IMG/VR virus record: IMGVR_UViG_3300045988_043313
Span: 1 to 45,977 of that record
Strand: one strand, 5' to 3'
Length of the DNA: 45,977 nucleotides
Source: a virus
A program made the translations under genes and the position numbers. Within the stretch, counting starts at the first letter, position 1, and each line of letters opens with the position of its first letter. Shown here in pieces: positions 16,963 to 24,560 of the stretch. The notes under the pieces were generated by a model. The model ran no database searches. It was given only the letters and a program-made list of their open reading frames with translations, and was not told where the DNA came from.

Positions 16963-17418
16963 ATGGCAAAATTTAATGAATACACAGTAAAGGCAACTCC
17001 AGAAGATGCAGATACCTTAATGCTCTATGATGCTGCATCAAAAGCAAACAAACTTTCACCATTCAGCGGAATCTGGAACTGGATTGTTGGAAAGCTGACC
17101 AATGCGGTCATCAGCAACTTGCAGACGAACAACAAGACGGTACTGGAGGCGATTAATGAATTAAATAGTAAGGCTCTGATGACTTATGTTGGCAAAAAAG
17201 CAACAAATGAAGATGGTGTAATTCCCATAAATAATATAATTTCTGGAGTGTCAATAAAAAACGTTATTAATGCAAAAGCATATATTTCCGATGGAAATAA
17301 AAATATTTACTCAAGGCTATACTCGTACAACTCTTATGCTTATATATTGGTCACTGACTACGAAGGCAATCGATTTAAAAACACAGAATTAAATGTTGTA
17401 GTGCTTTATACAAAATAG
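16963..17418 (+). CDS. Small tail fibre/receptor-binding-like protein, putative
   Basis: Its N-terminus is conserved-looking in style and its C-terminal half is very AT-rich. It follows the tip protein. Confidence 0.4.
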   Translation: MAKFNEYTVKATPEDADTLMLYDAASKANKLSPFSGIWNWIVGKLTNAVISNLQTNNKTVLEAINELNSKALMTYVGKKATNEDGVIPINNIISGVSIKNVINAKAYISDGNKNIYSRLYSYNSYAYILVTDYEGNRFKNTELNVVVLYTK

Positions 17419-17637
17419 TAACTGCCTGGTATCCGTCGATGCTGATTCAGAGAATATAAATTTGAGGATCAAAAAAATTTACTATTGAAATAGTGGAAGT
17501 AAACTCGTTGCCGTTTGTGAAGATAAAGATGGAAATATAGAAAATAAGTTTATTTAAACCTACTCCTGTTTAGTTAACTAAGGACTTTGAAAATTTCATA
17601 AAAATGTTTCATGATTTCATGAAAGGAGCTGATAAAT

Positions 17638-19059
17638 ATGGAAATTAAAGGAATTGACGTATCATCTTATCAAGGAAACCCAGATTGGGCGAAAGTATCG
17701 AATTCTGGAATTAAGTTTGCAATTTTGAGAATTCATCAGAAATCCGGCACAGATGCATCATTCGAACACAACTACAAGGGCTGTAAATCCAATGGAATTC
17801 TTATTGGTGGATATAAATACAGTTATGCTTTAACACCGGCACAGGCAATTGACGAAGCTGAGAACTTAATTTCCGTTCTTGGTGGACGCGGATTGGATTT
17901 CCCAGTATTCTATGACCTCGAATGGAAACAGCAGAGAAGTCTTGGAAAACAGGCTATTGAGAATATTGCAGTAGCATTTCTGACCAGAATCAAGAAAGCC
18001 GGTTATAAGGCAGGCATCTATTGCAATCTTGATTGGCACAATAACGTTTTGTCAGATGCGCTGAAACAGTATGATTGTTGGATTGCTCGTTATCCGGCTA
18101 ACGACAACGGCTCTGCACAGGAAAGATTACGTCCGAACGTCGGTGTAGGCTGGCAGTATTCCAGTAAAGGAAAAGTTCCAGGAATTAATGGAAATGTTGA
18201 TATGGATGTGTTTTACAAGGATTATAGAGATTCTGACCAGAAAGGAGAAACTAAAATGGTAAAAATCAGTAACTGCGGACATGATGAAAGAGGAAGATAT
18301 GCAGGTGGGAAAGCAGGAGATCAGACTGGTACAGAATATCAGATCATGAACTGGTACAGTAGACCGTGGCTCTGTGTCCTAAGATTCAATGACGCCAAAA
18401 TCGCAACCATGATTGCAGACATGGCGACAAAAGCGGCACAGAACAATCTCATCGGATACGATCAGGGCACTGCCGGAAACAGCAATGACCGGTATTCGTT
18501 CTGGCGGCACTTAAAGGCAAGCAACTACGATCCGGCGCAGATCACGGTAGCTTGCGAATCTGATTGCAGCGCAAGTACAGCAGCTATCGTCAAGGGAGCT
18601 GGGTATCGCTTAAATAACGCAAGACTCAAAGCGGTCAGCATCTATCTGACGACACGAAACATGAGAGCTGCAATGAAGATTGCCGGTGCGAAAGTACTGA
18701 CGGATAGAAAGTATCTGACATCCGGCGACTATCTAAAGGCAGGAGATATCCTCCTGAATGATAACCACCACGTGGCTATCGCTGTTACCACCGGCGCAAA
18801 AGCAAATACGCTTTCAGCGTCAACTATTCTGTCTAAAACTCCGAAGTGGGTGGGAAAGGTAACTGCAAATACACTTAATGTCCGCACATGGGCAGGAACA
18901 GAGTATGCACAGCTTAAAAGCTATCCTACACTTGCAAAAGGCAATTTAGTTGATGTATGCGATACCATTAAAGCCAAAGATGGAGCATCTTGGTACTATA
19001 TCCGCATTGCCGGAAAATATTTTGGATTTGTTTCTGCAAAATACATCAAAAAGGTATAA
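17638..19059 (+). CDS. Endolysin: GH25 muramidase + Cys/His amidase/peptidase-like domain + SH3 domain
   Basis: N-terminus GIDVSSYQGNPDW...FYDLEW (GH25). Middle domain has ESDCSASTAAIV and NHHVAIAV (candidate Cys-His pair). C-terminus KWVGKVTANTLNVRTWAG...YYIRIAGKYFGFVSAKYI is SH3-like. Confidence 0.85.
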   Translation: MEIKGIDVSSYQGNPDWAKVSNSGIKFAILRIHQKSGTDASFEHNYKGCKSNGILIGGYKYSYALTPAQAIDEAENLISVLGGRGLDFPVFYDLEWKQQRSLGKQAIENIAVAFLTRIKKAGYKAGIYCNLDWHNNVLSDALKQYDCWIARYPANDNGSAQERLRPNVGVGWQYSSKGKVPGINGNVDMDVFYKDYRDSDQKGETKMVKISNCGHDERGRYAGGKAGDQTGTEYQIMNWYSRPWLCVLRFNDAKIATMIADMATKAAQNNLIGYDQGTAGNSNDRYSFWRHLKASNYDPAQITVACESDCSASTAAIVKGAGYRLNNARLKAVSIYLTTRNMRAAMKIAGAKVLTDRKYLTSGDYLKAGDILLNDNHHVAIAVTTGAKANTLSASTILSKTPKWVGKVTANTLNVRTWAGTEYAQLKSYPTLAKGNLVDVCDTIKAKDGASWYYIRIAGKYFGFVSAKYIKKV

Positions 19060-19065
19060 AACTTA

Positions 19066-19100
19066 AGCCCCTTGGAGGTTACTCCTTGGGGCTGTTTTTT
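19066..19100 (+). terminator. Rho-independent terminator after the endolysin gene
   Basis: Stem AGCCCCTTGGA/TCCTTGGGGCT with two internal mismatches, followed by T6. Confidence 0.8.
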
Positions 19101-19117
19101 ACATATTGTATCAAATT

Positions 19118-19141
19118 CGTGTTGCATTTCGTGTTGCATAG
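19118..19141. repeat. Doubled CGTGTTGCAT motif, candidate integrase arm-type site (P arm)
   Basis: CGTGTTGCATTTCGTGTTGCATAG is near-identical (22/23) to 19335-19357 on the other side of the core. Confidence 0.5.
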
Positions 19142-19264
19142 TTCTTCTTTTTTATGCCCAAAATGGCAAAATAACATATTTTATGAGCTAATTTGAAATT
19201 GCCGAAACCATTGAAAACACTACGTTCTTTGCGAGAACCAGTGAATACAAGATTTTCATAAAAA

Positions 19265-19292
19265 TGCGGATGACAGGACTTGAACCTGCAAG
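19265..19292 (-). other. attP core: tRNA 3'-end mimic (T arm + acceptor strand)
   Basis: The minus strand reads GCAGG-TTCAAGT-CCTGT-CATCCGC-A, i.e. T stem/loop, 3' acceptor strand and discriminator. It lies 18 nt beyond the integrase stop codon. Confidence 0.7.
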
Positions 19293-19309
19293 AAAAATCC
19301 TAATATACG

Positions 19310-20419
19310 CTATTTTTCAGCACTTTCTTTTTTTGTGTTGCATTCCGTGTTGCATAGCTTTGAAAAATAATCATTCCCAATTTCATTCATCTCTTTTTCT
19401 CGATCAACCAGAACGTGCCGATATACATTTTTTAATGTGGTATCATCCTCCCAACCGCCGCGCTGCATAATATATACATCTGGAATTCCAAGAGTATGCA
19501 ACTCAGATGCGCAATAATGACGCAAATCATGGAATCGAAAATGATGAATCTGATTGTCATCTAACAGATCTGAAAATCTGTCGGATATTTGCGATGGGTT
19601 CAAATTTGTTATTTTCCCATGTATTCCTTTTAATTTATCTGCAACAAAATCTGGATATGAAATGAATCTGTCACCAGCAAAAGATTTTGGTCTTTTGATA
19701 ACCCAACCATGAGAATCATTCATAACCATAGCATATTCGACATGTACTATGTTCTGCTTGATATGATCAGAATTAAGCGCACAGATTTCTGACCGCCTCA
19801 TCGGACCGAACGCTGCCAGAAGAACAGGTATCTCTAATTCACTACCTACAGTACATTCAATTACCTTTTTGACTTCGGCAGATGTAGGTACATAGATTTT
19901 CGGTCTTACCTTTTTAGGTAAGGAAGTTCTTAAGATGAAATCCGAACGATAAGTCTTCAAGACAGTAGAAAGAAAGCCATGCATATTGTACACAGTTTTT
20001 GGCGAATGAGTAAGTGCTTCACGATTCATTTCAGCTTGAACATCCTCTTGAGTGATTTCCATTATATTTAATGACATAAGTTTAGCCATGTCTCTTTTGA
20101 CAGATCGCTTATATTCTCTAATAGTTCCAGGGGATAAAACACCTGTTCTGCTTTCTATGTATTTATTACATGCCTCTTTTAATGTCATATCTTCTGGTGG
20201 AACATATCGCGCAGTCAATACTTCACTTTCTTTTTTTGCTGCCCATTCGGCAGCCATTTGCTCACAGATTCGCTTCCCTTTTTTGCTAGGATCTGAACAT
20301 GTAAAAGATTTATAAACCCTTTTCTTTTTGATAGTCCCGTCTGATAACGGGATTTCTTCGATGTGACTGAATACCTGACATCTCCATGAGCCAGATGGCA
20401 GTTTTTTTGCAGTTGCCAT
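19310..20419 (-). CDS. int: Tyrosine recombinase (phage integrase)
   Basis: The C-terminal catalytic region HDLRHYCASE...GGW...YRHV gives the R-H-R-Y signature. N-terminus is KLPSGSWRCQV type. Adjacent to the attP core. Confidence 0.92.
   Translation of the reverse strand: MATAKKLPSGSWRCQVFSHIEEIPLSDGTIKKKRVYKSFTCSDPSKKGKRICEQMAAEWAAKKESEVLTARYVPPEDMTLKEACNKYIESRTGVLSPGTIREYKRSVKRDMAKLMSLNIMEITQEDVQAEMNREALTHSPKTVYNMHGFLSTVLKTYRSDFILRTSLPKKVRPKIYVPTSAEVKKVIECTVGSELEIPVLLAAFGPMRRSEICALNSDHIKQNIVHVEYAMVMNDSHGWVIKRPKSFAGDRFISYPDFVADKLKGIHGKITNLNPSQISDRFSDLLDDNQIHHFRFHDLRHYCASELHTLGIPDVYIMQRGGWEDDTTLKNVYRHVLVDREKEMNEIGNDYFSKLCNTECNTKKESAEK
19334..19357. repeat. Doubled (T/C)GTGTTGCAT motif, candidate arm-type site (P' arm), inside the integrase 3' end
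   Basis: TGTGTTGCATTCCGTGTTGCATAG encodes CNTECNT at the integrase C-terminus. It is a direct repeat of 19118-19141. Confidence 0.5.
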
Positions 20420-20554
20420 TTCTTTTCCTCCTTATTAACCGAACAAACTTTCTGACTTGTCCGAACACACCGAAGATGATACAATATGACTTGTCAGGCG
20501 ATACGTTTCACTTCGTTATGCTTTGCGGAACGTAAAAATATTTTTCTTTTTTTT

Positions 20555-20594
20555 AAAAACCGGTTCCCGTTGGTAGCAGGAGCCGGTTCTTTTT
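20555..20594 (-). terminator. Terminator downstream of the response-regulator/SHOCT operon
   Basis: 10-bp stem AACCGGTTCC/GGAGCCGGTT (one G.U pair), 11-nt loop, flanked by A/T runs. Confidence 0.7.
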
Positions 20595-21471
20595 ATAAAA
20601 GTTCTGATTTTTTCTGGTCAAATTCTTCTTGAGTAATAATACCGCTATCTAAAAGCTCTTTGTAATCCTTCAGTAGTTCAACGGATGTTTTCTGATTTCG
20701 AACATTTTCAACAGCATCAGAGCTTTTGGAAATATTGAAACTCTTTAACTGCATATCTATATTTGAACTACAGCGGAATCCAATAGTATTTATTTGATTG
20801 GTTTCGATATTCCGCATTTTCATAGATGCATAAGAATCCACTTCAATGTTATCACTTGTTGTGGTAGCAGTTCCAGTAGTAGTGGAATTATTCTTTCCTT
20901 TGGTTTTCTTTCCAGTTCCAACAGCTGCACCGACTATAGTTCCAACTCCCGGAGCAATAGCGGTTCCAACAACGGCTCCTGCTAAATGCCCTCTTCGTTT
21001 CGTTTTTTCTTTACTTTTCCCTTTAGTGTGAGATGTTGTAGTTGTCTTTTCTACTGTTCTGTATTCCGGCCCGTTCCATTCATAGTCGAAAAGTTCATAT
21101 TTGGTTGGAGCATCTGACACTGTAACAGACCCATCTTTCCATTGCTTCAAATCAAATCTTGCGTGTTTGGAACCAAGCTCAAAATCCTCCTTACCGGATA
21201 TAACTCTCAGATTCAATACTCGAACAGGTTTTTCTACAACCGCTGGCTGGGTTGCTACGGAATTATTTGATATTGCAGGTTTTTGAACCTTATTTTTAAT
21301 AGACAGCAAAAGTGCAAAAATAAGATACAAAACAGCAATTCCAAATGTCTCAAGTACAACAACGACCATAATATTGTCCGATGAAAGATCGTTTGAACTC
21401 ATCAAAGCCACAATCATCAGCACAATGAATGCAGTCCAAATAATCATCAACACATTTCGTATCTTTTTCAT
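20593..21471 (-). CDS. Membrane protein with glycine-zipper segment and C-terminal SHOCT domain
   Basis: The likely start is the 7th codon of the ORF (AAGGGGG RBS upstream). Two N-terminal TM helices. GAVVGTAIAPGVGTIVGAAVGTG glycine zipper. The C-terminus ELLKDYKELLDSGIITQEEFDQKKSELL matches the SHOCT motif. Confidence 0.75.
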   Translation of the reverse strand: MKKIRNVLMIIWTAFIVLMIVALMSSNDLSSDNIMVVVVLETFGIAVLYLIFALLLSIKNKVQKPAISNNSVATQPAVVEKPVRVLNLRVISGKEDFELGSKHARFDLKQWKDGSVTVSDAPTKYELFDYEWNGPEYRTVEKTTTTSHTKGKSKEKTKRRGHLAGAVVGTAIAPGVGTIVGAAVGTGKKTKGKNNSTTTGTATTTSDNIEVDSYASMKMRNIETNQINTIGFRCSSNIDMQLKSFNISKSSDAVENVRNQKTSVELLKDYKELLDSGIITQEEFDQKKSELL

Positions 21472-21491
21472 AGTTTCCCCCTTTGACACGA

Positions 21492-22196
21492 TTACTCAAA
21501 ATTTTCGATATAATTCTTATATAGATTCCTTATTTTTGCAGCCTCCCTCTGCCTGATCGGAACGATATCCCCTGATATCATTTCGAAATGATCTGACGCA
21601 TCTTTGATTTCATCCATGTTTACGATGTAGCTCTGATGACAACGGAGAAATCTTCCGTCAAGGCGAGGCTCTATATCTGACAGCTTTCCACGTACTACAT
21701 GTATGATACCGCAGGTACAGTGGACAAGAATTGATTTATTTCGGCTTTCTATGTATTCGATGTGACGGAATTCTACCCGATGGAAGTGATCTCGGTTTTT
21801 GATAGTCAAGGCTTTCTCACGGATATCTTCCAATGTGTGTGCTACGACAGAATACATGCGTCCATGCTCAGAGCCTTTGATGATGTAATGCACTGGCAAG
21901 ACGTCCAATGCGTCAAATACATAGTTTTTGTATGCTGTCCAGAAGGCAATGTTGCCATTATATCCATTTTTCCTGAGCTGTCTTGCAACATTTATGCCAT
22001 TCTCATTATCAAGGACCACATCCAACACGACTATATCGTACCATTGACCGTCTGCTATATCATCAATCAGCGGCTTTCCACTACTATAAGTGTTTAGCGT
22101 GTAACTCTTGTCTCCGCGCTTTTTCAAAAACTCATCAATATGAGCCTTAAAAAAATCAATCTGTAAAGAATTATCGTCACAAATCGCAATTTTCAT
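21492..22196 (-). CDS. LytTR-family response regulator (receiver + LytTR DNA-binding domain), orphan
   Basis: The receiver has the acidic pair CDDN, a phospho-acceptor candidate in IVVLDVVLD, and downstream T and K residues. The C-terminal half (FRHIEYIESRNKSILVHC...FLRCHQSYIVNMDEI) is LytTR-like. No histidine kinase gene is present in the genome. Confidence 0.85.
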   Translation of the reverse strand: MKIAICDDNSLQIDFFKAHIDEFLKKRGDKSYTLNTYSSGKPLIDDIADGQWYDIVVLDVVLDNENGINVARQLRKNGYNGNIAFWTAYKNYVFDALDVLPVHYIIKGSEHGRMYSVVAHTLEDIREKALTIKNRDHFHRVEFRHIEYIESRNKSILVHCTCGIIHVVRGKLSDIEPRLDGRFLRCHQSYIVNMDEIKDASDHFEMISGDIVPIRQREAAKIRNLYKNYIENFE

Positions 22197-22250
22197 GCAA
22201 ATCAGTCCTTTAAATTGTCATTTTCGCCATTTGCGTTAAATAAGAATTCT

Positions 22251-22298
22251 ATATGTTATAGTTGATTATAGCATCATGCAATATAGTTGTAAATAGAC
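22251..22298. promoter_or_regulatory. Cluster of phased (T/A)TATAG motifs in the divergent intergenic region
   Basis: TTATAG at 22256 and 22266, ATATAG at 22281, AAATAG at 22291 (spacings 10, 15, 10 bp). TATAGTTG occurs twice (22257, 22282). The cluster lies between the regulator operon and CDS 22318. Confidence 0.35.
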
Positions 22299-22317
22299 GT
22301 TTGTAGGTGATTTTAGA

Positions 22318-22650
22318 ATGAAAAGAGTCAAAAAAGTACTAATTTTGATATCGGTTATAGTTTTTGTCAATTATATAATCCATCTTCCAATGTGCGTGGA
22401 TGATTATGTACACAAGGATTCTGACATATACTCTGCTCAACACATGTGCAGGCATTCGACCTTGACCAGGAACGCGAAGGGAATTTTGAAAACAGACGGT
22501 ATTATAGAAACAATAAAAATTCCACTCAAAGCGAACTTCCTTTTTGCAAAAGTAAAAATTATATTCGATATTACGAATGTTCCGGTCTATCATTGGCAAC
22601 TAGCGAGGGGTGATTTGTCCGCCGATGCCACTTTATCGTACCAAAGATAA
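22318..22650 (+). CDS. Hypothetical secreted/membrane-anchored protein (lysogeny-side moron)
   Basis: AGGTGA RBS, N-terminal hydrophobic anchor KKVLILISVIVFVNYII, AT-rich. Confidence 0.55.
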   Translation: MKRVKKVLILISVIVFVNYIIHLPMCVDDYVHKDSDIYSAQHMCRHSTLTRNAKGILKTDGIIETIKIPLKANFLFAKVKIIFDITNVPVYHWQLARGDLSADATLSYQR

Positions 22651-22697
22651 TGCAATGTAAAAGAGAGCAAGTGTTTTTGTGCGGTAGGAGGTATAAT

Positions 22698-22814
22698 ATG
22701 GATTACAAGAAAGAAATTATTGAAATGATAGAGAATACTGAAAATGAGGGCAAATTAAAATTTGTCTATACAATTCTTATTAAATATCTAAAATCAAAGA
22801 AGCAAGGGGATTAA
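22698..22814 (+). CDS. Small hypothetical protein (38 aa)
   Basis: Strong AGGAGG 6 nt before the ATG. Not in the ORF track (<60 aa). Its end lies in the hairpin GCAAGGGGATTAACCCTTGC shared with the convergent repressor gene. Confidence 0.45.
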   Translation: MDYKKEIIEMIENTENEGKLKFVYTILIKYLKSKKQGD

Positions 22815-23155
22815 CCCTTGCTCCTTTTGTTTAGTGATGAAACTATTTGTTTTATTGCTTTCTTATCTTCTTTATCGAGTGCTTTGTATTCCTCGATAAA
22901 ATCTAAGATGTCAGGTTCCGACATAAGATTTCCAATTATGGTTGCATAATCGTCATCGCTTTTAGAACCCATGAGGTATGTTGGTGTTACTTCCAGAACA
23001 CCGCATAGAAGTTCAATAGTGTCCATATCTGGCTTACACTTATCTTTTTCCCAGTCACTAATTGAATTGTGCTTTGCATTGATTTTTTCTGCAAGTTGTT
23101 TCTGGGTCAGCTTCTTTGCCGTTCTGGCTTGTTTGATTTTCTCACCAAATGTCAT
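22811..23155 (-). CDS. CI-like repressor (XRE-family HTH)
   Basis: N-terminal HTH_3 pattern GEKIKQARTAKKLTQKQLAEKINAKHNSISDWE. Divergent from a Cro-like gene. Confidence 0.85.
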   Translation of the reverse strand: MTFGEKIKQARTAKKLTQKQLAEKINAKHNSISDWEKDKCKPDMDTIELLCGVLEVTPTYLMGSKSDDDYATIIGNLMSEPDILDFIEEYKALDKEDKKAIKQIVSSLNKRSKG

Positions 23156-23190
23156 TATCGTTTCCTCCCTTCATAGCTAATAATAATATA

Positions 23191-23269
23191 GAAATTTCGA
23201 ACTGTCAATAAAATAATTTCGATTTACTCGAAATTTCTTCTTGACATTCGAGTAATTCGAAGTTATACT
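23191..23269. promoter_or_regulatory. Immunity switch: operators and early rightward promoter
   Basis: Perfect inverted repeat AATTTCGA-N5-TCGAAATT at 23215-23235, with further TTCGA half-sites at 23195, 23247 and 23256. TTGACA (23241-23246), a 17-nt spacer, then TATACT (23264-23269). Confidence 0.7.
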
Positions 23270-23316
23270 GTAATTGTTCGATAGGAACGAAATTAAATAG
23301 AAAGGAGAAATGAAGA

Positions 23317-23523
23317 ATGTGCGTTGGTAAAAAGATTAAGTCGTACCTTGAAAACAACGGTATAACGCAGACATTTGTCGCCAACAAAACTGGCATTCCT
23401 GTTCAGAAACTCAATCTTTCTCTCAATGGAAATCGCAGATTAGATTTCGATGAATACGAATTAATTTGTGGGGCGTTATCTGTTGGAACAGACAAGTTTC
23501 TTGAACCAAAGTTACCGGAATAG
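23317..23523 (+). CDS. Cro-like XRE-family HTH regulator
   Basis: HTH pattern KKIKSYLENNGITQTFVANKTGIPVQKLN. It is the first rightward gene. Confidence 0.8.
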   Translation: MCVGKKIKSYLENNGITQTFVANKTGIPVQKLNLSLNGNRRLDFDEYELICGALSVGTDKFLEPKLPE

Positions 23524-23538
23524 AAAGGAGCAAATTTT

Positions 23539-23658
23539 ATGAGTAAAAAGAAGAAAAAGGAAAAGGCTTCTAAGATGGTGCGAACATCAAAGAAACCTAT
23601 TTCCTTAACATGTTTGATTAATAAGAAGCCTATTTGCCGGATGGATATTTTTCGTTGA
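23539..23658 (+). CDS. Possible small Lys-rich protein (39 aa)
   Basis: AAAGGAG 8 nt upstream. Its 3' end overlaps the convergent gene 23630-23818. Confidence 0.3.
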   Translation: MSKKKKKEKASKMVRTSKKPISLTCLINKKPICRMDIFR

Positions 23659-23818
23659 ATGCTTCTAATGCGGATTCATAAGCATTTATGTATTCTTCGA
23701 AATAATCGATGGTTACATGAGTTTTGCCAGCATCAACTTGAGATTGACGTTTTAAATGGCAAACATCAGTGCAAACTGCAATGGCTAAATCATGTGCGCG
23801 TTTTTCATTATCCGTCAT
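23630..23818 (-). CDS. Small acidic helical hypothetical protein (62 aa), leftward within the rightward early region
   Basis: AAAGGAGG RBS before the ATG (MTDNEKRAHD...). Its own extended -10 candidate, TGTTATACT, lies upstream on the minus strand. Confidence 0.55.
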   Translation of the reverse strand: MTDNEKRAHDLAIAVCTDVCHLKRQSQVDAGKTHVTIDYFEEYINAYESALEAFNEKYPSGK

Positions 23819-23950
23819 TATTACACCTCCTTTCACAGGAGAGTATAACACAAAATTCAAAAGACGAAACAAAGAAAGGAAAAATAGTTGACTGGAGCAA
23901 AAATCAGATAAGAAAGAAACTGCAATTTCACAGTAATTAAGGAGGAAAAC

Positions 23951-24013
23951 ATGAAGAAATTTGAACGATACCTTATGATTGCTGACCTTATGGAAAAACA
24001 TTTTGAAAAATAA
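23951..24013 (+). CDS. Possible micro-ORF (20 aa)
   Basis: Strong AAGGAGG RBS 6 nt upstream. Followed by the GC-rich hairpin 24017-24052. Confidence 0.25.
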   Translation: MKKFERYLMIADLMEKHFEK

Positions 24014-24136
24014 AGTGCTCCGAAGGAGAGCCGAAACCTCTCGCCTCGGAGCTGTAAACCACTAACCACACTAGCGGATTACAGGATAATCATATCATTT
24101 CTTCCTGTATTTCGCAAGAGAACAGGAGGATTTTTT

Positions 24137-24307
24137 ATGAAGAAAACCGAGGATAAAAAAGTGACAAATTTTGAAGAGTTCGAAACTTTCTATGCAGTTG
24201 AGGTTGTAAGAGAGGCAAAAAAGCAGACTCACAAATGGTTCTGCGCATGGATTGTAACCATGATTGCATTAATTCTTTCAAACGCTGCATGGATGTTTAT
24301 CAAGTAA
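24137..24307 (+). CDS. Small protein with C-terminal TM helix (56 aa)
   Basis: AGGAGG RBS. C-terminus WFCAWIVTMIALILSNAAWMFI. Confidence 0.5.
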   Translation: MKKTEDKKVTNFEEFETFYAVEVVREAKKQTHKWFCAWIVTMIALILSNAAWMFIK

Positions 24308-24323
24308 GAAAGGAGGAAAGACT

Positions 24324-24560
24324 GTGGCAATCAGATATACCACAGAACAAAAGAAATACATCCTTTTGAAAGGCAATATTGCAAAAAGGATGGAGGCCGA
24401 GCGAGTAAGTGATGCACAGATGGCAGCAATTACCGGAATGGCAGAAAACACTTTCCGTAAAAAGCGAAATAAGCCAGAAACATTCACGTATCCGGAACTG
24501 CGGCATATTTTTATTCGATTGAACTTCCCTAACGAGGAAATATTGGAGGCTTTGACATGA
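24324..24560 (+). CDS. Small putative DNA-binding (HTH-like) protein
   Basis: GTG start 7 nt after AGGAGG. The segment SDAQMAAITGMAENTFRKKRN is HTH-like. Confidence 0.5.
   Translation: MAIRYTTEQKKYILLKGNIAKRMEAERVSDAQMAAITGMAENTFRKKRNKPETFTYPELRHIFIRLNFPNEEILEALT

Noticed and set aside
17594-19266. Exact 13-mer TTTCATAAAAATG on both sides of the endolysin gene (17594-17606 and 19254-19266), a possible cassette boundary
   Set aside because: The sequence is short and AT-rich, there is no extended flanking similarity, and the second copy simply abuts the tRNA-like attP core. Most likely it is chance or promoter-like AT-rich sequence. It is only worth checking if related phages show lysin cassette exchange at these points.
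19264-19470. 68-aa plus-strand ORF overlapping the attP core and the integrase 3' end
   Set aside because: It is antisense to a well-supported integrase gene, begins inside the tRNA-mimic core and has no RBS.
24014-24120. GC-rich hairpin (24017-24052) and inverted repeat TACAGGA/TCCTGTA (24077-24109) in a 120-nt early-region gap
   Set aside because: The structures are real, but no U-run, conserved box or repeat links them to anything else. They are probably ordinary mRNA stabilising or attenuating hairpins and I did not elevate them to a finding.
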